The notes below the pieces were generated by a model. It was given only the letters and a program-made list of their open reading frames with translations. It searched no databases and was not told the origin of the DNA. A DNA stretch of 20,000 nucleotides from NCBI GenBank assembly GCA_000165425.1, contig CT868680.1, positions 178,320-198,319 on the forward strand, written 5' to 3'. Numbering within the stretch: the first letter of the stretch is position 1; each line of letters opens with the position of its first letter. This document shows, piece after piece, positions 1-10,366 of the stretch. Source of the DNA: Paramecium tetraurelia. Taxonomy: Eukaryota. The position numbers and the translations under genes are program-made.

Positions 1-153
1 TCTAGGCATGGAATAAAATTACGCACTTATCAAGAATCCAATTGTAATGAGAAGGAATTGCAGTAAAGAGAAGCAGAAATTATCAGATTCCAAACCTATA
101 TGATTATTTATTTTATATACTTATCTTTCTGATTATTATAATACTATTGCAAC

Positions 154-527
154 TCATTCAAAATGAATGGCTCTGATGTCTAAATTCAAGTCATCTTTTC
201 TGAGAATCTTCGACAACATATTCTTACTTTTAAAACATTTTCCTTCACTCTTGTATATTGATTCAAATATTGAATTATCCTAACTGGACTTTCTATACTT
301 ATTTTACTAATCAACATTTTTTAATTTAAAATGCTTATCTAATTTTGATCCTATCTGAACGCTTGTAGTTAATTCTATAAAGCCTTGAAAGATATAACGT
401 TTAAATAACTAGATTGAATATAGAATGAAGTCAGAAATCTATATCAATAAATTTAAGTTGACTTTTACTGATGTTATACTATCTTCTGAAATAAATTTCT
501 TTTACTAATATCAATATTAAAAATCAT
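154..527 (-). CDS. Possible short hypothetical protein (code 6), structure uncertain
   Basis: Code-6 frame is open from ~507 down to TGA at 154-156 (...YSIQLFKRYIFQGFIELTTSVQIGSKLDKHFKLKNVDQQNKYRK...LRKDDLNLDIRAIHFE*). A start at ATG 525-527 needs a 20-nt GT-CAG intron. No recognisable motif. An intron-like 25-mer at 96-120 suggests more coding or relic sequence toward the window edge. Confidence 0.3.
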
Positions 528-651
528 TAATATATTTCTTAATCATTAAACAATTATTTTCTGTTGAATAAGGGTATGCTTAATAATATGTATTATAATT
601 AAAATAATAAGTAGAAAAGTAATAAGACTCAAATTTAACATAGGATGTCTT

Positions 652-1430
652 ATGTATATTTATTCAGTTCTGCAGGCTGGCTATAAATTTTAAGATATAA
701 TATTCATAAATGGGGAGCAACTTTTACTTATTCATCTATAATTTCTATTGAAAAAAAACTTGCACCATTAGGAAATTATTTAGATTTATGATGATCTTGA
801 TCCAAAATGGTATAAAGCTAAGTTGCCATTTTTATAGGAGAATATAGATCAAAACATCCCTCTTGGATTCTAAATTATTATTTTATAAATTAACTAAGCA
901 GACTTATGTAGATCTAATTGAGTCATATAATGAAAAACCATAAATAATGACAATCATAATTGAGTAAGCGCAATTCTTATTCAAAATATATTTTAATAGA
1001 TTTATTAATTTGTCACTTATTTTTTTCAGATGTAATAATTAATCATTAAATTTTGTTAAAAGACATAGCTAAAATATCATAGTATTTATAACAAAAACAT
1101 AGAGTTTTAATTTTTAAATTAAGAATTTTGGAAGATCAATAATGTGATTAGCAAGATTTCAATAATAAGTATAGGAATTAAATAACTTGAGACAATTCTG
1201 TTAGGTTTTTTATTCTAAAAAATGAATACAATTATTTTTTAAATTATTGATTTAATATAATAATAAGTCTATGTCAAAATGGAGAATAGTTAATATGATG
1301 AAAAATGTTATTTTTGCAAAACAAAAATATGAGAAATTAGTATTAACTACTTTAGAGAACATACTAGAGTATAATGAGTTCATAGTATTTATGCAAATAT
1401 AATCTTTTATAAAATTTATAGTATATTAAA
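652..1430 (+). pseudogene. Fragmented coding-like region, possible gene relic
   Basis: ATG 652 with a 28-nt GT-TAG intron (810-837) gives a ~155-codon code-6 frame ending at TGA 1145-1147. More coding-like sequence follows to ~1430 but is not joined in frame. No family motif recognised. Confidence 0.2.
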
Positions 1431-1448
1431 TAATACGAAATTAAAGTA

Positions 1449-2755
1449 TCAATCAATTAAATATAATATTTAATTGATCTGAACCAATATTTAATTCAAA
1501 AAGCCCATTCTGCTTTTGTTCTTCTTCTGAGTTTCTTGTTTTCTTTTAATGAAGCTATGCTGATAGAAATCAGTAAGCTTAATTAAATCATATATGTAAT
1601 ATCCTATCAATGATTTGTAGAGCAGCAAGAAATCTGAATGCTAAGGGTTCCATAGATCGCACTATCCCCAAGGATACTGTCTGCCTTAAATCTTCTTGCC
1701 TTAATCATTGTAATATTCATAAGTAGAAGCAATAATCATGAAGGGAGAACACTATCCAAATTCTCCTTGCTTGAGTTATTGTTTAAATTATTCATCATTA
1801 ATTTTGAGACAATCATAGATATCAATTTTGAATTCTTTAAAGGTCTTATTGTATCTTAGTTTTAATTCAAGAACTTCTGATTTTGTATATTAATCTCCTC
1901 TGGCCAGGATTGGAATAACATTTACTAAGTTGGATAACTTTTGTAAATATAGAATATCCTCATTAAAGTATGCAGGTCCACTGAGAAAGTAAAGACATAA
2001 GTGAATCTATGGAATAATTAAAAAGTGCTTACTCGTTCGTCATTTACTAGCTTAGACATCTGAGAATAGAGGGTTTTATTTAGGTAGGCATACTTGTTCC
2101 TTCGAATTTAGGTTTTAAACTAGGATATGGGATATTGGATACCTTCTAATCGATAAAATGTCTGAGTTCCTTAAACCATTCTTTTTAGTCATTTTTTTAA
2201 AAACCTTTTGTGTCGAAGATATTTAAATAAACAATTTGGTTTTCGTATTCAATCACTCCCATAGATTCTTGGACTTAATTAGTTTAGGAAGAGTTTCCCT
2301 GATATTGTCTCGCTATAGGTTTCTATATAATGAATATTTTTGGAATTTACTTTATTTAGTAAAGCATCAACGAAAGTGGTTTTTCCACTTCCGGACTGCC
2401 CTGCAATTAATAGGTTTAATGTGACTTAACTCTTTTACGACCCACACGCAAGAGATAATTGGTTTTTGTCAATGTGTGATTAAGTATATGAGCTTAAAAG
2501 TAATGGATCTGAAAACTCTTTACTTTCAATTTTTGCACTTGGAATCCTTATTTCTTCTTATGAAGAGATAGGAAAAATGGATTTCCTTCAAGATTATTTC
2601 AAAAGTTACGTAGTATGACTGTTATCAAAGTCAATTTTTTTACAATGGCTTTGGGTAAATAAGAAACGTTATTACATCCATTTACATTAGAGATTTTCAT
2701 CCTTTGTAATAGACTATTAGGGAATAGGTGATGGACTTGAGAATAGATCAATCAT
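1449..2755 (-). CDS. Septin GTPase, ~401 aa, 4 introns
   Basis: ATG 2755, TGA 1449-1451; introns 2586-2609, 2323-2350, 2120-2142, 2007-2032 restore one frame. Motifs: G1 LNLLIAGQSGSGKTTF, G3 IFDTKGF, RIHLCLYF, G4 VNVIPILARGD, septin-unique element GRQYPWG...NPQHSDF. Confidence 0.95.
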
Positions 2756-3062
2756 TTTTATTGTGTTTTATTTTATTTTCAAAATAACAATCACATTACA
2801 AAAATAACATAAATGGTTGAAAAATTGATGATAATAAATTCGGTTTTTTTCAAGATAATACATACTAAAAATAGTGATAACCAAGAATAAATAGAAATGG
2901 AGCTTGTAAAATAATAGAAAACAAAATAATCCAGATATTATATATCAAGAATAATAAGTAAATAAATGAATAATTAATATTTATTATTAATGTTGTAATT
3001 GATAAGAAAATTAAGAAAATTAGAAATTAAAATTTAAATTAAATTTCTAATTGCATAATTAA

Positions 3063-4809
3063 TCAATAATTTTTACTTCGTTTCTTTGTGGGTTATGATT
3101 TATCAATAGATTGTTTCCTACCTCTGGTCTTTTATTTATCATTATTTTCTGTTGTTTTTACATCAACCTCAGAATCAATTCTCTCAACTTTCTTTTTCTT
3201 CATTTTATCAGTTCCATGCAGCATTGAATTTAACTTGTGCTATCCTCTGTATTTCAATTACGCTGGCTTAAGTTCCTGTTGAATTGAACACTTTGTTTTT
3301 CCAGTATAAGAACAACAGAACTCTTGGTTGCAATTTGTTGGTTATGCTTACAATAAGAAATAAAAGCAATGATATCTGTATTTCATGGAAATATGTAGAC
3401 CTTTATGATTGGACTTATCCAGAACACAATCTAAACATAAATATTGCTCATTGTCATGGTAAAAATATAAAAATATCTCATGTTCGCATTTAGAACACAA
3501 TTAAACCTATTTACAACACTCAACCAATGAAAATGATGGTGGGTCTATCAAATTTAACTTTCTATTTTCTTAATCAAAATAATTTTGAAGTTCTAATTAA
3601 ATTCTCTCGATTGCCATCTATGATAAAGACTTTTCGTGGATATATAAATCTAACATCAAATTCTTATATGGAATTACAGTTCTGTAATTAATTTCTTTAT
3701 TTAAAGTGTGTCTTTCACTCATGGCTTCAAGAGTCACATCATCTAAAGCAACCTAATTCCATGCTGTATTGATAGTTTATCCAAAAGACTTGACCCAATG
3801 TAAACACCCAGCACCTAAGATTACAATATCCCCTTTCTTTTACAATGTGTATCTAAAAGGTATTGCATTTTTCAAAAAGAATTCAGGTTCCTTAAACCAC
3901 AAACCTTCATTTTTAAATATGTCTGTGTCATAAAGTTCTAAGACTTTTTATCTTAATTTTTACACATGCTCATTATCGACTGTGATCCAAACACAATCTG
4001 CAGGACCATGATTGATATTGATAGCATTAACACTAAGGTTTTCTTAATGACCCCCTGTCCATACTCCATCTGTTTTAATATAAATTTAAGGTATATTTAC
4101 ACCATCTATTTCCTATCTTAAGTAGCTTAATCCATCATTATCACCTTGAGGTCTCAAACACTTTGGTAAGAACTGTTTTAAATGGTTTATTTCCTTATCC
4201 CATCCTTGCATGTTAACGTTTACAGCAAATAATCTTTGTTCTGCTGAAAGTCTTTCCTTTTTGATAATTTTTGATGGATCATCAAGGTAATCCACATAAT
4301 CCATAATTTTCATTCCTTCCAACTGTTAATTTATTTTGCAAGGTTAAAATGAATCATATCCAGGCTATTATACTCTGATATCAATGGATTAGTTGCCATG
4401 ATTCTATTTGAGAGCTTCAAAATTAAAAAACACATTTATCATTTATAATGCTTTTGGATCTATTGTGAGAATACTTATTTGATGTTTTAACCAAGATAAC
4501 GACTTCTGTTCATATATTTTTAGCATTTCATTATAATTATAATAATATGGTTTTCCTATGCAAGAACCATCAACCATTGATTTGTATTCATATGCAATTA
4601 CTTTGCTTTGATAGAAACTTACCCAATCGTCCTCTTTCAAATACTCAGGCAACTCCCTTTGACAAAATACCTCAATGTAAACTTATATAAAATACTTTAA
4701 CGAACCCTCCATCCTTCATAACTTGATCATAGACTTATTGCCCATTAGCATTGAGTAAGTTTCGCTCTTGCAAAGAAAGCGGCAAATTATCCAATAAATA
4801 TTTTTGCAT
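3063..4809 (-). CDS. JmjC histone demethylase of the KDM6 (UTX/JMJD3, H3K27) type with C-terminal zinc finger, ~573 aa
   Basis: ATG 4809, TGA 3063-3065, one 25-nt intron at 4671-4695. IPQIYIKTDGVWTGGHQENLSVNAININHGPADCVW and QKKGDIVILGAGCLHWVKSFGQTINTAWN match the KDM6 JmjC signature. These are followed by a CSKCEHEIF...CLDC GATA-like zinc finger and a basic tail (MKKKKV, KKRSK). Confidence 0.93.
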
Positions 4810-5762
4810 TCTAAAATTTATCCTACTAAAATTATTAAATTTAATAATTAATCTCAACTTCTGAGAACCAATAAATTACAGATTAATCTCTTCCTTCTAA
4901 TAATTAACTCATCTTATCTGGTGAGTTTAAAAATAATTAACATGATTTTTTTTCTAAAATTTTATATTACTATATGATTTATTTGAATTATTATATCAAC
5001 TTTGAAGAACTGCAAACAAACATAAATGCTTTCTTTTACAATCATTAATTCAAACTTAAATAAAATTTTCATTTATTCCTCAGTATTAAGGAACTTATTG
5101 TAAATATTAGAAAATTCCAATTGAATAAACAAGTTTATGGATAACCTTAATATACAGATTACAAATTGTATATTACCATTACATATCCTGAGAACGTTAA
5201 ATAATTAAATATGCCGCATCATTTTAATCACAATTGAATAGATCATGACAATGCAATATTCTGAAAATAGATTGTTCTAATGTTATAATTCTTAAATCTT
5301 AAATAAATATATTAAATTAATTTTTTTGTTTAATTTTTTTTAATATAGAGTATGCAGTGAAGTAATAATTAATAATTTCTATTTTTAGATATAAAAGTTA
5401 ACTTATTATTCACGCCTAACTTAAATGATTTAAAATTCGCTGATTCTAATTGCCTTGATTTTTGATCTATAGGATGACTTCATTTACATAATTTAATCTT
5501 TATCAAGATGATGGGAGCCTTGGTAAATAAATAAAAAGTGTTGAAATCCTATCACTAATTCTGAAATTTAGTTTTATTATAAATTACAATTGAATTAAAT
5601 CTTAATTCTATTTGTAATCAATTTCATAATGAAAGTTTAATTTTTAATCATACATTATAATTTATTGTTTATAGCAAATACAATTTTTAAGTAATGAAAA
5701 TTGGATAATACGAATTATATACATAAAGACAATATACATAAATACTATTCACAATGTAGAAG

Positions 5763-6176
5763 TCATGCTTGATAATCTGAATTTAATCTAAATCTAACTT
5801 TCTTGATACCGCCCAATAATTTAAAAGTATAATCTGATATTTCTTCAAATTAATGTTTTACTGGTGAAAGACTCTTGGTTTGATTATCAGCAGATTCTTT
5901 TTCTTTTTTCTCATAAAAAGCTTCCATTGAGTTCAGTGACCTGACATATGCTTCTTTACTAATCAATGTGCTAGTGTGCAATAAGGTTTTGGTCCATTCT
6001 TTAGTGGTTGCCAAAGAACCAACCTAACTCAGCTCTTTCCGAGCGATATGAGATTGGTTTTTTAATTTGACATCATCTTTGCTTTTTGGAGTCCAAATAA
6101 GAAGTTCCTCATATTTAATACACAAAGCATCGTTTTCTTCCTGATCCTCGATTATATTACTAATTGAAGAATCCAT
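5763..6176 (-). CDS. Small hypothetical protein, 137 aa, C-terminal RVxF-like motif
   Basis: Intronless code-6 ORF from ATG 6176 to TGA 5763-5765 (MDSSISNIIEDQEEND...SLSPVKHQFEEISDYTFKLLGGIKKVRFRLNSDYQA*). Coding-like composition relative to AT-rich flanks. Confidence 0.75.
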
Positions 6177-6518
6177 TTATTGATATGTATGAATTCTGTT
6201 TTTTTAAGTGAAAATTATTATTAAAGTGGAGAGAAAACTTAAAATCTATTAATAATTTCAAAGAGTTACTTCACCAATTAGACGGGGTGCTCTCCTTGAG
6301 GCAATGTCGAGATAAGGACATAGGATTTTATTATTAAAACTCAATTTGGTTCTTTGTGAGTTGAATTGTGCGATATTGCGTAATCATTGCTGAATGATAT
6401 GAATCAAGGTGGAAATTAAAATAATTATAATGAATTATGCGCATTGCATATGATTTTACTAGTTCTATATTTATTTTTCTACATATACCATAATAAAATA
6501 TTTAAAGCATTAATATCT

Positions 6519-7552
6519 ATGAAAAATTTATACATTGTCGCATTGTTGAGTATTTCACTTCTTTCATTATAATTGTACAATTCTGAACAATAGACAGATG
6601 AATACTCCAAATGGAAATAACACCATCAAAAATTATACTAAGGAGTTGAGGACACCTACAGAAAATAAATATTCCACCAGAATTTATAAATTGTCAATGA
6701 CCACAATGCCAGATATAATCAAGGATTAGAAAACTTCGAAATTGAAGCCAACTAATTTGCTGACTTAACTTTTGATGAATTCTCATCTCTTTATTTATAT
6801 TCGTCATATCCAGATTAGGAATATATAAACAACTCATTTGAGAAAACAACCAAGAAATAGAAAAAAACAATTAAGGCCGATTTACCCGATCATTATGATT
6901 GGTCAACAACTATATAGGGTTATTCTTAACCATACGATCAATAGAAATGTCTAGGATCTTGGGCCTTTGCTGTGGCTGGCTCTATTGAAGGCGCCAGGTA
7001 TCTTGGAGGGTATGAATAAATCTCACCTCAATATTTGATAAATTGTGTTTATTAAGTTAACCCTTGTTTAGAAGGAGGAGTAAAAAGTACTTGGGATTGG
7101 GTCACTAATAATGAAAATTATATAGATTTATATACATCTGTTCCTTATACTGGAACAAAAGCAGCTTGTGTAGAATCTAAGGACAATATCTAGTTGTTAA
7201 ATGGTTATGAGATGATCAATCAAGATTCATTTGTTGAAGACTCAGATTATTATTAAGCATTATCAGAAAATATAGTTGTGTAAATTATATCATTATCATA
7301 AGCTCACCAGTTTCAGTTTCAAGCATTTATTTCTAATTATATAAGCAAGGTGTTTATGACAAACCTTGCGGAGACAGTTTGAATTATGATGCCTTAGTTG
7401 TAGGATATGATGCCAGAACAGATTAAGGCTACCCAGCATATTATAAATTAAAGATGTCTTGGAGTTCTGCTTTTGGAGAATAAGGATATATTAAAATCGC
7501 CATGGCAAACAAATGTATCTATGCTAAATAATCATTTGCAAACAGAGTTTGA
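6519..7552 (+). CDS. Papain-family (C1A, cathepsin L-like) preproprotein, predicted catalytically inactive, ~336 aa
   Basis: ATG 6519, TGA 7550-7552, 23-nt intron 7280-7302. Signal peptide MKNLYIVALLSISLLSL; I29 prodomain with ERFNIN-like EDTYRKQIFHQNLQIVNDHN and NQFADLTFDEF. Mature domain: LPDHYDW, DQQKCLGSWAF, ISPQYLINC, CLEGG, LNYDALVVGY, KMSWSSAFGEQGY. Confidence 0.95.
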
Positions 7553-8265
7553 GATTATACATCAATAGCAATTTCCATAATTCATAAATACATATATTAA
7601 TGAAAATAAGAAATTCTAATTCTCATAAATTTTTAATTATATATTATATGTGCTTCAGAAGAAATTATGAATTAATTATCTTACAAACTAAAAACTAAAA
7701 ATAATCCTTTTTTTCAAATTCCTCATATAATTTAGCAACTTTATTTATTAAAGTAACATATTTTAATTATTAAAATTTCTTATTAAAATGGTGAAATCAA
7801 TTTTTTCAAATATACAATTTTGTAATACAAATAGCCCTTTTTGTGAAAAATTTTGATTTGATTTAGTGGTATAATGAATATAAAATATAAATTGAAATCA
7901 AAAATACTACTATTTAATTTAATTAACTCGAAGGAGAATTAAGGATTGTTGGTGATAGTAATCTTTTGAGAAAACATGATACTCATATTTTGCTTGTATG
8001 TATCTCTTAAATATTCCATAATAATCTAAAAGTTATTCTTGTAAACTTAATGTTGAAATCAGGAATTATAAGTTCATTCATTCATTTTATCTTATATTAA
8101 AATTGAATTATCTTTATTTGATTTATTGTAAACAAAATCGATGACCCATGATATTATGATTTATCAATCACTCAGAATGTGAGTGTAAATTGCACAATGT
8201 AATATTAATAAATATTGTCTAATTTTTTATTCATATTTATATTGTCATCATAATCTCAATTATAT

Positions 8266-9946
8266 TCATGATTTGTACATTAATAAGGTCTTTTCGATTA
8301 GCTAATAGATTCTTTAGCCAAAGTCAGAGGATCTTATTGCTGTGATCAGATATTAATCTTATCTCAAAATGTCTATCAAAGGTTATAAAATATTATGATT
8401 TGACATAATGACCATTTTCTTCATAACATAATTTCCAAATGGATTGATAGATAAGTTCACAAAAATGATTCTAATAAATAAATATTTTATGATACTATCC
8501 ATTGATTTGGGATTTAGAAATAAGTATAGAGATGACCTGCTATTTGACTTCATTGGTAGAGACTTCCACAACCTTTTCGACTGTATTACTGGCATATTTG
8601 TTAAGACACAATTTCTCAAAGTTTGTAAGTACAAAGTTGACAACAAATGGTTGATAATGTGAACTCTTGAGGGCAAATTGTAAGATGTGATTTCCGAACT
8701 CTTGTTAACAGAGATTGAATTGGTGTTACAAACAAGTGGTCATGATCTTATCGGTTTGAATGGGAGAAAACAATTCAAGAGCTTTCAACAATATCTTACA
8801 TCCATACTAAGATGAACATAAGTATAAGGTTGAGTCTTCAATTGGCTATAAGAAAAACTCGATCTTTTCCTACTACAAGACTTCCAAGCATTTGAGAATC
8901 ACGTAGTTGCCACTTGAATCATAGAGCAATGATTTCACTTAGAGTCTGATTGAGTCAATGAATTAATTTTGTAAACTCTCGTTGACGGAAATGATTTCAA
9001 TGATCTTTTAAATAACTCGACATCCAAAATTATTCTTCGACAATTCATAAGCATGAGGTCTTATCTTGTTGAACAATCTCTATTATTGATGTTGAGTTCC
9101 TTAATGATGATAGACTATTAATTAATACCTTTCTCGAAAATCTTTTACATCAGGTAATTCCCAAAAACGTCTTTGGAAAATTAAACACAAGATCTTTCTA
9201 CTTTGTTAAAAATCAATTCTCTTTGATCTGGCTTGCCATGCTCAAATATCTTTTGCACTTTCCTTGACAACACTTAATTGCCACACATATTGTCCTGATT
9301 AAATAGTCACAAAATCTTACTAAATCATTTGTCAGTTGAATATCATCATTTATTTCAATTAAAGGCTGTCTTTCCTATTAATATCCAGTAAAACCTAATC
9401 CATTTGGTGACTATTAATAATTAAATCCAGGCTAATAAATTCCATGTGGTCTCATTACTCCTGGAGAATATGGGACTTGATAATCAACCAATCGAATTTG
9501 TTGTTTATTGTAGTATCCGATGTGCTCATTTCCAACTTTTCTGTAATTGATTGAATTTTCTTATGTTGAAAAAGATGGCCCGTCAAAACTAATCGACACA
9601 CTTTATCTATCCTCTTATCTTGAGAATTTGAGATGATTCGGTGGACACTGAGGATAAAGAACTCGATTCGACATCGGACTTTAGGCCAGATCAGATCCCA
9701 AAGACATCTGCTCGAATGATCGATTGAAACTATCGAAATAATGTTTTTCAGATGTAGAAACCTATAAAAATTTGATTCAAACATTACATTCTCAATCACA
9801 CTATCACTTTCAAAGCCTTACTTCCGTAAAGGACTATTATTATTAGAAAAAACTTCTTCGTAATCGTCATCTAAGGTAACTAAAATATTACTTCTTAGAA
9901 TAGATCCTAACAAATCATCCTCTGCTTCATATTCTTTAGCTGACAT
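8266..9946 (-). CDS. Pumilio/PUF family RNA-binding protein, 8 repeats, ~517-524 aa
   Basis: ATG 9946, TGA 8266-8268; required introns 9762-9787, 9295-9320, 9100-9128, 8471-8495; optional in-frame 21-nt intron 9871-9891. Repeat cores: SRKVQ, FGNYLMQK, FGCRVIQK, GNYVILK, YGCKILLK, FGNHILQ, YASNTVEK, FGNYVMKK. Low-complexity Q/Y/P/G N-terminal part. Confidence 0.95.
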
Positions 9947-10366
9947 ATTTAAATGTTTGATATAAATATTACTTAAATTTTATGAAAATCAAGAAAAATA
10001 TAAATACGGAATATTTAGTTATTATATTTCCTTCCTTTTTAATACACCTATTAATCATTCGACTCTCCTTGACTCAGCCCTGTATCCAAAGTATATTTGC
10101 CACATCCCAATTCCCCAATTCAATCTTTATCAAATCCAAAAACTACTTTGAATCAACTTCATTTTAAGTGGGAAGTAAATATTAATATTTATGTTATTCT
10201 ATTGAAAATTTATTTAGCTTTTGCGTCTCTCTTCATAGGGTACACCAAGGGATTCCATAAGTTTTGAATTGGAATGGCTTTTAAGGAAAGGGATGACCTC
10301 GCAGAGACATTTAAAGGTTGTTTATATAAACTAATTTTGGAATATAAAAAATTAATTGTTTTTAAT
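9947..10366. promoter_or_regulatory. Divergent (head-to-head) intergenic region between the PUF and Myb genes
   Basis: Lies between ATG 9946 (-) and ATG 10367 (+), so it probably holds both promoters and 5' UTRs. Inferred from position only; no specific motif identified. Confidence 0.5.

Noticed and set aside
154..200. C-terminus IRAIHFE* resembles the E3 ligase end IEAIQFE*
   Set aside because: Similarity covers only a few residues and there is no U-box or TPR upstream; likely chance.
4830..5740. Possible gene upstream of the JmjC gene
   Set aside because: No consistent frame or motif found on either strand.
7650..8260. Open code-6 frames on the - strand downstream of the PUF gene
   Set aside because: Extremely AT-rich, Ile/Phe/Lys-biased translation with no coherent exon structure or motif.
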